A stretch of 64,000 bases of DNA, from positions 31 to 64,030 of the forward strand of contig JAYPUB010000001.1 of the NCBI GenBank assembly GCA_038133865.1, given 5' to 3'. This DNA comes from Pelagibacteraceae bacterium. GTDB taxonomy: Bacteria; Pseudomonadota; Alphaproteobacteria; Pelagibacterales; Pelagibacteraceae. Below, piece after piece: positions 54,402 to 64,000 of the stretch. Both the position numbers and the translations under genes were made by a program. The stretch's first letter is position 1, and every line of letters begins with the position of its first letter. The notes beneath the pieces were generated by a model, which made no database searches, was not told the origin of the DNA, and worked only from the letters and a program-made list of their open reading frames with translations.

Positions 54402-55076
54402 AATTTTTAACACTTCGTCGTATTCATGAATATTCATATATTGTTTAAAATTTTCATAATAATCTTTAAATTTTAAATTTTTAAAATTGTTATTATTTAA
54501 ATTTAATAAATTTGTATTTTTATTAATTTTTACAATTCCAACACCCATATCAATTTTACATGTTATGGTATTTAAATTTTTTCTTGTTCTTAAATTTACT
54601 ATTACCTTCCATACGTCTCCATTCCAGGAACCACGATATCTTGGTATGGCTTGATGGGCTATTGATCTCGGCAAACAATCATGTAGCAAAATATAACCAT
54701 TGGGACTTAAAAACTTCAAGGAATTTTCAACATCTTTTAGACATTGATCGTAATGATGCAGTCCATCAATAAAAATTACATCAAACGTCTTGTTATTTTG
54801 AGCAAAAAATTCATCACTCGTACCTCTAAAATTTCCACCCATATAAGGGTCTACACCAACCTTATTTTTTATTTTAATTTTAGAAAAACAATAATCATCG
54901 TCACATCCAATTTCTAAATAGTTTTCAAAAGAAAAATTGTCTATTATGTGCTGAATTAAATCCCACCTTTTTATATCTTTTGGAAATTGAATATCTAATT
55001 TTTTAAAAAACCTTTCAACAAAGAAAAAATTATAAATTCTATTTTTGAATAAATTTATTTTATTTAATTTTTCCAT
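54396..55076 (-). CDS. class I SAM-dependent methyltransferase (Methyltransf_24-like)
   Basis: YLEIG, GVDP, TSDEFF, FDVIFIDGLH, ILLHDC.P, WNGDVWK. Confidence 0.88.
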   Translation of the reverse strand: MEKLNKINLFKNRIYNFFFVERFFKKLDIQFPKDIKRWDLIQHIIDNFSFENYLEIGCDDDYCFSKIKIKNKVGVDPYMGGNFRGTSDEFFAQNNKTFDVIFIDGLHHYDQCLKDVENSLKFLSPNGYILLHDCLPRSIAHQAIPRYRGSWNGDVWKVIVNLRTRKNLNTITCKIDMGVGIVKINKNTNLLNLNNNNFKNLKFKDYYENFKQYMNIHEYDEVLKIL

Positions 55077-55944
55077 ATTTTTTATAAAACAATAGTAAAT
55101 ATAAATAATTTAATTTACATTTAATTAAATCAAAAAAATATAAAATATCTTTTTTTGGATTTTTTAATGGCTCTTTGTACTCTAAATTTGATTTTAAGTA
55201 ATATTTTTTAAAAAATTTAATTGAAATTCCCCATTTTAGTAAAAATATTTTACTACTTTTGCTACCATGCCCTTTTTTCAAATTACTTACATTATTTTTT
55301 TTATAGTTTCTCAAAACTTTTGATCCAAAGTGGTAAACTTTGAAATCATTTAAACCTTTAAATATTCTTACTCCTTTATTCCATAATTTCATATTAAAAT
55401 CTGGATCTGATCCTGAACCTGGAAAATACTCTTCGCTTAAACCATTAACGGAATTCCATAAATTTTTTGATACAACACTTGGAGCCCATGTAGAACCTTG
55501 AAAATTATAAAAATTATAATTTTTATAATTTTTTAAGAAATTAATTTCATCAAAATTTTCGTAACTGTCGCCATAATTACATTTAATTTGACCTTCGTGC
55601 ATCATGGTACCTGATAAATAAAATAAGTCGTGATCGATTTTATTAATTTCTTTTTTTAATATTAAATCCCAATCTGGGCAAAAATAAAAATCATCATGGG
55701 CATATAAAAGATAGTTTTTTGTCGATAACTTTGCAGCTTTATTTAAACCTTCGCAAATACCAGCATTATATTCTGTAAAAGTATATTTAATGTTATTGTT
55801 GTTTAAATAGTCAATGGTCTTATCCCTGCCCTCACTGACATGAATAATAATTTCATTATCAAGGTTTGAATTTTTTTTTATACTATCAATACAAAACTTT
55901 AAATAATTAAAATTATTAAGTGTGGGTATTAAAATTGAAAACAT
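55060..55944 (-). CDS. glycosyltransferase family 2
   Basis: FSILIPT.NN..YLK.CI.SI, NAGIC.G.N, HDD (DxD-like), SDPDF. Confidence 0.88.
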   Translation of the reverse strand: MFSILIPTLNNFNYLKFCIDSIKKNSNLDNEIIIHVSEGRDKTIDYLNNNNIKYTFTEYNAGICEGLNKAAKLSTKNYLLYAHDDFYFCPDWDLILKKEINKIDHDLFYLSGTMMHEGQIKCNYGDSYENFDEINFLKNYKNYNFYNFQGSTWAPSVVSKNLWNSVNGLSEEYFPGSGSDPDFNMKLWNKGVRIFKGLNDFKVYHFGSKVLRNYKKNNVSNLKKGHGSKSSKIFLLKWGISIKFFKKYYLKSNLEYKEPLKNPKKDILYFFDLIKCKLNYLYLLLFYKKYGKIK

Positions 55945-55947
55945 TAT

Positions 55948-58023
55948 TTAAGACCAAATATATTTTTTTTTGATATTTTTATTATCAATAACATCAAATA
56001 AATATTTTATAATAATGTTAATATTAAAATACTCATGATATTTACTGTATGCTTTTTTAGCTATACGATATCTTAATTTATCTTTTTTTAAAAAATAATT
56101 AATTTTTTTAACCAAATCATTAACATTTTTAAAATTTATTAATTCATCTTTTTCATTAAAAAATTTTGAATAATTATTAATCTTTTCATTTAAAACAAAT
56201 GATCCATTCCCAATTAAAGTTGAAATTCTATCGCTTGAATAAAGTTTTTTATATATTCCTCTACTTAAATTAATTGTAATTTTACTGCGCTCTAATATTT
56301 TATAAAAATCTCTTCCCCATATTGGTTGAATTCCTTCTGTTCCGATAAATTTACATTTAACATTATTAGAAATTTTTTTTTTTATCTTATTAATAAAATA
56401 TTCTCTTTCATCAACTCTTCCGTATTTTAATTTTCCTCTATTTTGACCATGACTTAATGCAAATAAAACATCAATATCTTTTCTTTTAAAATTAAAAGAT
56501 TTTAAATAATCTATTTCTTTTAGAACAGGATAAGGAATAAATTTTATTTTATTATTTATATCAATGTTTTTAAGTTTAACCGGATCAGATGATATAAAAA
56601 TTTTGTCTAAAAAATTATAATCATAAAATACTTTATTAAAATTAAAAAATTCATTTGAAATTGAATCAATATAAATTTTAATTATTTTAATATTTTTATT
56701 AATTAAAGTAATCTTTTCAAAAGTTTCAATATCTATTCTATCTGTATGACCTAAAATAATTAAATCTGGCTTTATTTGTTTTACACTTTTTAAAATTTTT
56801 AAATTAAATCTTTTTACGCCAGTTATATCGAGTATTGATCTGTTTTCTCTTATGAAATCTCTATCACTTATATAATTTACTTTTAATTTACTATTACTTA
56901 AACCTTTTTTTAGTTTATTAAAAAAAGAATAAAATAATCTCTTTTTATTTTTTAAATTTAAATTAGAAATAAATAAAATTTTTTTAATTTTTCCTATATT
57001 TATATGTCTAATTTTTGAAATTAATTTATTGAAATATAAATCGGTAAAATTAAAATTTTTTAAAACTTTATTATTTAAATAATTTAATTTTTTAGGATTA
57101 GATGCAAGTTTACAGAGAACATTATATAATTCGCTCGAGGTATTATTATTTAGTATAATTCCATTTAAATTGGTTTCAGGTAAACCACCTTTTGATGAAG
57201 TAATTGGTAGGCAGCCCATCGATGATGACTCGAGAGGCAATCTACCTAATGGTTCATCCCAATTTGAAGGAGCTACTGATATTTTTGATTTTTTATAGTA
57301 TTCAATTACCTTTTTATTAGAAATTTGTCCTAATTCTTTAACATGCTTTTCTTTATTTATAGTACGTCTACTTTCAGTACCAGCAGAAATTATTTTCCAA
57401 TTAGAAAATTTTTTATGTTGTTTAAATTTTTTTGTTGCCTCTATAAATATATCATATCCTTTTGCGTGATTCAGTTTCCCACAAAAAAAAATAATATTTT
57501 TTTTGTTTAAGTTTTTTGATATTTTTTTAATTCCTGGATAGATAACAATATTATTTTTATTTTTAAAGTCATTCTGCTCAAACCTATTTTTTATCCATCT
57601 ACTTAAAAATATAACGTCGCAGTTTTCATATATGAATTTTCTATCTTTAAATAATCTTGACCCTCTTAAAGACAATGGATCATTATGAAAATAAAAAATT
57701 ATTTTTGTCCTTGGATAAGCTTTTTTAATATTTTTAACATATTCTGGCCTATTGTGAATCTCAATTGTTTTAAAATTAATATTTTTAAAATTATTTATAA
57801 ATTGTTTTATATAATTATAATTTCTAAAATATTTTGTTTTTAGTTTATTTGAATAAAATATCTTTTTATATTTTTTTTCTACTTTGCAAGGTGAGCCATA
57901 AATAATAAAATTATTTAACTTTTCTTTTGTCAGACTTTCTTTTACAAAAATAGATGCTGCACCTGAATGTTTTGCATCAAAACTCTCTTTAAATGGTAAA
58001 ATAATTGCTCTTTTATCCACCAA
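55948..58023 (-). CDS. two-module GT-B glycosyltransferase (GT4 plus Glyco_trans_1_2-like)
   Basis: N-module EIHNRP, FHNDP, GKL..AKG, WDEPLGRLPLE, GGLPE; C-module IWG..F...L..SKITINLS, YSSDR, GNG. Confidence 0.82.
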   Translation of the reverse strand: MVDKRAIILPFKESFDAKHSGAASIFVKESLTKEKLNNFIIYGSPCKVEKKYKKIFYSNKLKTKYFRNYNYIKQFINNFKNINFKTIEIHNRPEYVKNIKKAYPRTKIIFYFHNDPLSLRGSRLFKDRKFIYENCDVIFLSRWIKNRFEQNDFKNKNNIVIYPGIKKISKNLNKKNIIFFCGKLNHAKGYDIFIEATKKFKQHKKFSNWKIISAGTESRRTINKEKHVKELGQISNKKVIEYYKKSKISVAPSNWDEPLGRLPLESSSMGCLPITSSKGGLPETNLNGIILNNNTSSELYNVLCKLASNPKKLNYLNNKVLKNFNFTDLYFNKLISKIRHINIGKIKKILFISNLNLKNKKRLFYSFFNKLKKGLSNSKLKVNYISDRDFIRENRSILDITGVKRFNLKILKSVKQIKPDLIILGHTDRIDIETFEKITLINKNIKIIKIYIDSISNEFFNFNKVFYDYNFLDKIFISSDPVKLKNIDINNKIKFIPYPVLKEIDYLKSFNFKRKDIDVLFALSHGQNRGKLKYGRVDEREYFINKIKKKISNNVKCKFIGTEGIQPIWGRDFYKILERSKITINLSRGIYKKLYSSDRISTLIGNGSFVLNEKINNYSKFFNEKDELINFKNVNDLVKKINYFLKKDKLRYRIAKKAYSKYHEYFNINIIIKYLFDVIDNKNIKKKYIWS

Positions 58024-58777
58024 AAAATATTTTGTTAAAGTTTTCAGACGTTATTTTAGAGACAGTCTCAATATCTTTATTTTTAATTTTAGCGATTTGA
58101 TTGCAAACATATCTTACATTAGATGGATGATTTTTTTCCCCTCTTAAAGGATGTGGCGCAAGGTATGGTGAGTCAGTCTCAATTAAAATTTTATCCAAGT
58201 CTATTTTTTTACAGACATCTCTCAATTTTATTGCGTTTTTAAATGTTATATTTCCGCTAAAAGATATATACCCTCCTATCTCTATACATTTTTTTGCAAA
58301 ATTTTCAGATCCAGAAAAACAATGAATAATAAATTTATGATTATTTTTTATAGAATTTTTTAAAACAAAAAACGTTTCATCCTCTGCGTCTCTTGTGTGA
58401 ACAATAATTGGTAAATTTAGGTTTTGAGCAAGTTCTATTTGTTTTTCAAAAAACAAGCATTGTTTATTTTTGTCAAATTCTCTATAAAAATCCAATCCTG
58501 TTTCACCTATACCAATAATTTTTTTTGATTTAATTGCTAAATCTTTAAGTTTATCAATATCATTTATTTTTGAATCATTAGTAGAATTTGGATGAATGCC
58601 AATAGTACAGTAAATTTCATCATATTTACTTGCCAACTGAATATTTTTTATAGAAGTATCTATATCAACACCAATTGATAATAATTTTTCTACATTATAT
58701 TTTTTGCATTCATCAATAGTGGATTGAATATTATTAATATAAGGCTCGTAATAAAGATGACAATGTGAATCAATCAT
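58013..58777 (-). CDS. tatD: TatD family nuclease/hydrolase
   Basis: IDSHCHL, GIHP, IGETGLD, HTRDA, HCFSG, ETDSPYLAP. Confidence 0.95.
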   Translation of the reverse strand: MIDSHCHLYYEPYINNIQSTIDECKKYNVEKLLSIGVDIDTSIKNIQLASKYDEIYCTIGIHPNSTNDSKINDIDKLKDLAIKSKKIIGIGETGLDFYREFDKNKQCLFFEKQIELAQNLNLPIIVHTRDAEDETFFVLKNSIKNNHKFIIHCFSGSENFAKKCIEIGGYISFSGNITFKNAIKLRDVCKKIDLDKILIETDSPYLAPHPLRGEKNHPSNVRYVCNQIAKIKNKDIETVSKITSENFNKIFFGG

Positions 58778-58778
58778 A

Positions 58779-60278
58779 CTACTCATATTTTTTAAACAAA
58801 ATTTCCGGTTTACTTAATTTCGTATTAACTTTAAGTTTTAAGTCTAATAATTTTAAATTAAAATCTTTTTCTTGGATATTTAAATTTTTTAAAAAATTAA
58901 CACTAACAGTTGGCATTATTGGATATAGTAAAATAAAAATATTTTTTAAAGCCATCAAAGAAGAATAAAGAATATTTTTAATATTTTGTTCTGAGTTAGA
59001 TTTTTTATTCCAAGGCTCATTGTCATTTACATATTTATTTATGTGGGAAGAGTATGAGTGAATATATTTTGTGTAATTATGTAATTCAAAATTATCTATA
59101 AATTTTGAAATAGTTTTTTTATCCACAATTAGGTTATTATTAATGGTATAATTATCACTTATTTCAGGAACTTTGCATTCATAGTTTTTAGATAAAATTG
59201 TAAATATTCTATTAGATAGGTTGCCAATATTGTTTGCCAAATCATTTAAAGTTAATTTAAAATTATCGATATTTATTTTTCCATCTAAACCAAAAATTAC
59301 ATCTTTCATTAAATAATATCTTATTTCATCTGATCCAAATTTTTCAATTAACTCTAATGGATCTAAAATATTGCCTTTAGATTTTGACATCTTTTCTTCT
59401 CCAGCAAGAATCCAACCGTGACCAAAAATTTGTTTTGGCAATGGTAATTTTGCTGCCATTAAAAAAGCAGGCCAATATACTGCATGGAATCTTAAAATGT
59501 CTTTGCCAATAATATGAACATTTGCCGGCCAAAAACCGTTATGTTTATCAAAAAAATTTGTTGCGCTTAAGTAATTTGTTAAAGCATCTAACCATACATA
59601 CATTACGTGCTTTTTATTACCCGGAACATCTATCCCCCAATTGAACGTGGTTCTTGAAACTGATAAATCTTTTAAACCACTAGAAACAAAGCTTATTACT
59701 TCGTTTCTCCTAGACTCTGGTTGAATAAAGTCAGGATTTTCTTCATAAAATTTTAGAAGAGGCTTTTGCCATTCTGAAAGTTTAAAAAAAAAACTTTCTT
59801 CCTCCATCCATTCAACTTCACTACCACTATTTTTGGAAAACTTTTTTCCTTCAATATCTTCAATTTCATTTTCTTGATAATAAGCTTCATCAGAAACAGA
59901 ATACCATCCAGCATATTTAGATAGATACAATTGATCATTTTGTTGCAAAAGAGACCATAATTGCTTCACTGTATCTTTATGTCTTTTTTCAGTCGTTCTA
60001 ATAAAATCATTGTTACTTAAGTTTAAAATTTCTGACAGTTCAATAAAAGTTTTAGAAATCTTGTCACAAAAAGATTGAGGATCGCTGTTGTTTTTTTCAG
60101 CTGCTTTTTGAATTTTTAAACCATGCTCATCTGTTCCAGTTAAGAAATAAACATCGTAGCCTTCAATTTTTTTAAATCTCGCAATAACATCTGCTGCAAT
60201 GCTTGAGTATGCATGACCCATGTGCGGTTTGGCTGAGGGGTAATAAATAGGAGTTGTAATATAATATTTATCACTCAT
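58779..60278 (-). CDS. metG: methionine--tRNA ligase (short monomeric type)
   Basis: YITTPIYY, HMGH, GTDEHG, YVWLDAL, GKDI..FH, KMSKS. Confidence 0.97.
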   Translation of the reverse strand: MSDKYYITTPIYYPSAKPHMGHAYSSIAADVIARFKKIEGYDVYFLTGTDEHGLKIQKAAEKNNSDPQSFCDKISKTFIELSEILNLSNNDFIRTTEKRHKDTVKQLWSLLQQNDQLYLSKYAGWYSVSDEAYYQENEIEDIEGKKFSKNSGSEVEWMEEESFFFKLSEWQKPLLKFYEENPDFIQPESRRNEVISFVSSGLKDLSVSRTTFNWGIDVPGNKKHVMYVWLDALTNYLSATNFFDKHNGFWPANVHIIGKDILRFHAVYWPAFLMAAKLPLPKQIFGHGWILAGEEKMSKSKGNILDPLELIEKFGSDEIRYYLMKDVIFGLDGKINIDNFKLTLNDLANNIGNLSNRIFTILSKNYECKVPEISDNYTINNNLIVDKKTISKFIDNFELHNYTKYIHSYSSHINKYVNDNEPWNKKSNSEQNIKNILYSSLMALKNIFILLYPIMPTVSVNFLKNLNIQEKDFNLKLLDLKLKVNTKLSKPEILFKKYE

Positions 60279-61050
60279 TTAAAAACATTTTGTTATACAT
60301 TTTTTTAAAATCATTTTTTAAATTTAAATTTAATTTAATTTTTTTTAATTCATGAAGCACTTCTATATTTTTTTTAATAATTTTTTCACTTAAAATCTTA
60401 TAAAATAAATTTTCATTATTTTCTTTTAATTTTTCATAATCTTTATCAATATTAAATAAATATTTTCTTATAAAATCTCCTGGCGTATCATAAAAATTTT
60501 CATCAAATTTAAACTTTTCAATATTATTACATTCAATATAATAATTAATAACTTTCCTATAAAATTTTTTATTTAAAAATAACTTTTGCTTAAAAAATCT
60601 TGATTTTAATGTTTCTGAACATGGCAATAAAAGATTTGATGTAAAAAAAAAATAAATATTTTTACTGGGCTCTTCTGTTAATTTTAAAAGCGCATTTATA
60701 GAATTTTTATTTAAATAATTAATATTTTTTATTACAACAAATCTGGGTTTTAATGAGGTTAATTTACAAAAATCTATAATTTTCCTTATATCTTCTATTT
60801 TATATTCTTTATCAGAATCATCTTTGTTAAGAATTTTTACATTAAAATCATTATAAAGATTTTGTTCAAAATCATTTTTTTCTTTATTCAATAGTGAATT
60901 AATTAAATGTAAGGAAAAGGTGAATTTTCCTATACCATCTAAACCTTCAAACAAGATACAATTTGGTAAATTTTTTTTTTGATATAACTTAATGAAAAAA
61001 TTTAGCTCAGAATCAAAGCCAATAATTTTATTTGATATTTTTAATAACAT
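60271..61050 (-). CDS. holB: DNA polymerase III delta' subunit (divergent, short)
   Basis: GLDGIGK, IEDIR, NALLKLTEEP, TLKSR; tmk-holB-metG-tatD order. Confidence 0.85.
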   Translation of the reverse strand: MLLKISNKIIGFDSELNFFIKLYQKKNLPNCILFEGLDGIGKFTFSLHLINSLLNKEKNDFEQNLYNDFNVKILNKDDSDKEYKIEDIRKIIDFCKLTSLKPRFVVIKNINYLNKNSINALLKLTEEPSKNIYFFFTSNLLLPCSETLKSRFFKQKLFLNKKFYRKVINYYIECNNIEKFKFDENFYDTPGDFIRKYLFNIDKDYEKLKENNENLFYKILSEKIIKKNIEVLHELKKIKLNLNLKNDFKKMYNKMFLNE

Positions 61051-61666
61051 TTTTCTTTATAAGATGATTAATAATTTCTTTTTGAATAGTATTTACATTT
61101 TTTAACCCGTTAATTTTTTTTATTCTTTTAAATTTTTTTGACAATTTGATAAAATTAAATCTAAGTTTATTTAATTTTTTTTCACTATATTTATCAAATC
61201 TATCTAGCTTTCCTCTTTGGGATAGTCTTTGTTTTGATATTTTAGCAGGTATATCAATATAAAAAGTCACCTTAGGTTTGAGCCCATTATCTATTTTATC
61301 TTGAATTAAATTAATAAGTTTTAAACTTTGTCCCTGTTCATAATGTTGATAAACATAGGTTGAATCTATGTAACGATCACACAAAACAACGTAACCATTA
61401 TTTAAATATTTAAAAATTTTTTTGAAATGATTGGACCTTGAAGCTAATAACAAAAGTAATTCAGTTAAATTATCCTCATTATTTTTTAAATCATTAATAA
61501 TAATTTTTCTAAGCTTTTCTGATACAAAAGTTCCTCCCGGCTCTCTTGTTTTAATACATTTTATTTTTTTTTTTCTTAAAAAATTATAAACTTTATTAAT
61601 TTGAGTGGATTTGCCTGAGCCTTCAATCCCTTCAAAGCTAATTAAATTAAATTTTTTTACCCCCAT
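61028..61666 (-). CDS. tmk: thymidylate kinase
   Basis: FEGIEGSGKSTQ, TREPGGT, CDRYIDST..YQ. Confidence 0.96.
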   Translation of the reverse strand: MGVKKFNLISFEGIEGSGKSTQINKVYNFLRKKKIKCIKTREPGGTFVSEKLRKIIINDLKNNEDNLTELLLLLASRSNHFKKIFKYLNNGYVVLCDRYIDSTYVYQHYEQGQSLKLINLIQDKIDNGLKPKVTFYIDIPAKISKQRLSQRGKLDRFDKYSEKKLNKLRFNFIKLSKKFKRIKKINGLKNVNTIQKEIINHLIKKNVIKNIK

Positions 61667-62796
61667 ACAAAAAAGCTAACAGAATTTAAAAATCTAATAA
61701 AAAAATTCTCTTTATTGGTATTTACAGAAGAATATAAAATTTCAGTCTTAACAAGAGAATTATCAAAATAAATATTTAATTTAGATATCGCCTCCCCTTT
61801 TTTAACTTCATTTTTTAAAAGATTATCTTCGAATTCAATTTCTAACTTTAATTTATTTTTTTGTCTTTTTGGAATTGTAATAAAAATATCTTCAGAAAGT
61901 TCTAATTGAACTGTTTTTTCTTTTAAATTCCAGGTTTTAATTTGGTAATTTTCATCTTTTTTGTTTATTTTTATTAAATCAAATCTGTTTTGAGCATAAC
62001 TTAATAAACGAATAGTTTCTCTTGATCTTTCACTTTTTGAATTTGTTCCACTAATTACACTTAAAATTCTTCTATCATTTTTTTTTATTGTGGCCGCTAA
62101 TGAATATCCTGAATTTTCCAAGTGCCCAGTTTTTAAACCGTCACTTCCCATATCTTTGTATAGTATTGGATTTCTATTACCTTGTGTTATCGGAGCGCCT
62201 CCAGTTCTATCCCAAGTAAATGTCTTTTCTGCGTAATATTTGTAAAGTTCTGGAAAATTATCAATCATATAAATTGACATTTTAGCAATATCTTCAGCAG
62301 TTGAATAATTATTACCATCATACAAACCCGATGAATTTGCAAATCTCGTATTTTTTAATCCAATTTTATCAGACATAGAATTCATCATATTAACAAACTC
62401 TTCTTCTGTTCCTGCTATGCCTTCTGCTAAAGCTACACATGCATCATTGCCAGAAACTATAATTATACCTTTTAATAAATTTTCTACACTCACTCTGTCA
62501 TTTGGCATTATAAACATTGAAGAATAACCTTTTGAAGACATGCGCCACGCGTTCTTAGAGATTTTAAATTTTTCATCTAATTTTAATTCACCTCTTTTAA
62601 TTAAATCGAATGCAATTATAGAGGTCATTATTTTAGTTATTGATGCTGGAGAAATTTTTTGATCTTTATTTTTTTCAAATAAAACTTTTTTTGAAAGAAC
62701 ATCAATCAGATAAGCTTGTTTTGCAGAAGTTTCAAATGCAAAGGATTTACCTAAAAATAGGAAAAAACCTAATATAATTGTTATTTTTTTTATCAT
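61657..62796 (-). CDS. dacA: D-alanyl-D-alanine carboxypeptidase (PBP5/6)
   Basis: PASITK (SxxK), SGN, KTG motifs; signal peptide. Confidence 0.93.
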   Translation of the reverse strand: MIKKITIILGFFLFLGKSFAFETSAKQAYLIDVLSKKVLFEKNKDQKISPASITKIMTSIIAFDLIKRGELKLDEKFKISKNAWRMSSKGYSSMFIMPNDRVSVENLLKGIIIVSGNDACVALAEGIAGTEEEFVNMMNSMSDKIGLKNTRFANSSGLYDGNNYSTAEDIAKMSIYMIDNFPELYKYYAEKTFTWDRTGGAPITQGNRNPILYKDMGSDGLKTGHLENSGYSLAATIKKNDRRILSVISGTNSKSERSRETIRLLSYAQNRFDLIKINKKDENYQIKTWNLKEKTVQLELSEDIFITIPKRQKNKLKLEIEFEDNLLKNEVKKGEAISKLNIYFDNSLVKTEILYSSVNTNKENFFIRFLNSVSFFVWG

Positions 62797-63434
62797 TTGA
62801 CCAATATATTAAAACCACTTAAACCAATTTTTGATAAATTCAAATACATTTCATCATATTCTTTAATATTTTTTAATGGACCTATAGATACAATATAATT
62901 TTTTTCTTTATAATCTTTAAAAATAATTTTTTTATTTCTAATATTTAAATTTATAATCTTATACAAACTTTCAGCATAAGTTTTAAAATAAAAAGGTCCA
63001 TAATTTAAATATATTTTATTTTTTGAGGTATTATTGGAATTTAAGCTTAAAACATTAACTTTTTCAATTCTAATTTTATTTTGAACTTTTCTTTCTTGTT
63101 TGTAAGTCTTTATTTTTTTTGCAATAAAAGTTTTATTTTCTCTAACACTTTGAATATTAATTAAGGGCATTTTTTTATTCAAATCAAGTTCATTGTAAAT
63201 AAAATCTGGAAGCAAGATAACTCTTGGCCCTAATGTTTTTTGATAATCTTCAGTTTTTACAATTTTACTAATTTTGTTTTGCATATTTGTAATTTTTAAC
63301 AAACTACCTTTCGGCAAAGTTGATACAATTTTATTGTTATTTGAAAGATCTGAGAAACCTGTTTTTTCATAAAATTTAAGACTAGAGGTGCATGAAAAAA
63401 TAAAAAAAAATAAAAAAAAAATTTTTTTAAACAT
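62793..63434 (-). CDS. SPOR-domain lipoprotein, degenerate RlpA-like
   Basis: Lipobox IFSC; TLPKGSLLKITN resembles the RlpA DPBB motif; C-terminal SPOR-like GPF...Y.V.IGP; occupies the mltB-rlpA-dac slot. Confidence 0.6.
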   Translation of the reverse strand: MFKKIFFLFFFIFSCTSSLKFYEKTGFSDLSNNNKIVSTLPKGSLLKITNMQNKISKIVKTEDYQKTLGPRVILLPDFIYNELDLNKKMPLINIQSVRENKTFIAKKIKTYKQERKVQNKIRIEKVNVLSLNSNNTSKNKIYLNYGPFYFKTYAESLYKIINLNIRNKKIIFKDYKEKNYIVSIGPLKNIKEYDEMYLNLSKIGLSGFNILVK

Positions 63435-64000
63435 TGCTTAAAAAATCTGCAAATACTCCAATTGTAATTGCAAATCTCAATGACCTGTTCCAATTTAAAA
63501 GTTTTTCATAATTATTAAAAACTAGATAAACATCTGATATTTCACCATCTGGTTTTACTAACCTTGCTTTTGTATTAGAATTAATTTTAAAGCCGTCTGG
63601 TAATTTAATACCTAATTTAATCCAATGCTTAATTCTTTTTTTCTCAGATAATTTTCTAGCATCAAAAGTAAAATATTTTTTATTTATATTTTTATTTAAT
63701 TGAACTTTGACACCCCAAGGATTGCCATCCCAGCCTATAGTTTTTAAATAATTAGCAGCTGAAGCAAATGAGTCTTCTAGAGAAGTGTAAAGATCAATTT
63801 TTCCATCTTTATTATAATCAATTGCGTAATTTTTAATTGATGAAGGCATAAATTGGAAATTTCCATGTGCACCGGCCCAAGATCCTTTGAGGTCTTCAAG
63901 AAAAACTATTTTCTTATCTACTAATTTTAGAAGTATAATTAATTCCTTTGAAAAATATTTTGACCGTCTTTTGTCATAACTCAAAGTTGCAAGTGCAGAA
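63427..64000 (-). CDS. mltB: lytic murein transglycosylase B family, 3' part (5' end outside window)
   Basis: ALATL.YD.RR..YF..EL, GSWAGAHGNFQFMPSS, DYNKDGKIDL, SAANYL...GW, WNRS. Confidence 0.9.
   Translation of the reverse strand, partial: SALATLSYDKRRSKYFSKELIILLKLVDKKIVFLEDLKGSWAGAHGNFQFMPSSIKNYAIDYNKDGKIDLYTSLEDSFASAANYLKTIGWDGNPWGVKVQLNKNINKKYFTFDARKLSEKKRIKHWIKLGIKLPDGFKINSNTKARLVKPDGEISDVYLVFNNYEKLLNWNRSLRFAITIGVFADFLSNV

Noticed and set aside
52123-58023. Prophage or integrative element around the tyrosine recombinase
   Set aside because: No phage, conjugation or replication genes, and no duplicated tRNA 3' end (attR) was seen. The nearest tRNA is 2.3 kb away and separated by ordinary genes.

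Overview
Very AT-rich, highly streamlined alphaproteobacterial chromosome segment with tiny intergenic spacers and many overlapping stop/start codons. Gene content, order and protein style best fit a SAR11/Pelagibacterales genome (inference, no database search). About 70 CDS, mostly housekeeping: hemF-hemJ, slt, dapA-smpB-folK-rel-pyrE-pdxJ-acpS-lepB-rnc-era-recO-parC, rpiB-glyA-nrdR-rib cluster-nusB, hppA, rpmF-plsX-ihfA-merR-rpmG, ctaA, rplM-rpsI-argC-hom-glpX-recJ, nhaA, recG, yajC-secD-secF, uvrA/ssb-gyrA-coaD-ppi-tgt, and on the minus strand mltB-SPOR-dac-tmk-holB-metG-tatD. There are four tRNA genes (Ser-GCT, Glu-TTC, Pro-TGG, Lys-TTT). The most interesting region is 51.9-58 kb. An intact Cre-like tyrosine recombinase has a 15-7-15 bp inverted-repeat site (ATAA-N7-TTAT core) ending on its own start codon. 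It lies where dominant gene orientation flips from + to - and where the four GGGNAGGG (KOPS-like) octamers found by eye converge. This suggests a single-recombinase, Cre/lox-like chromosome-dimer-resolution locus at the replication terminus (hypothesis). Nearby are a candidate pseudoknotted ncRNA, a low-GC glycosyltransferase/methyltransferase cluster, and two small ORFs that the ORF track misses or mis-starts.
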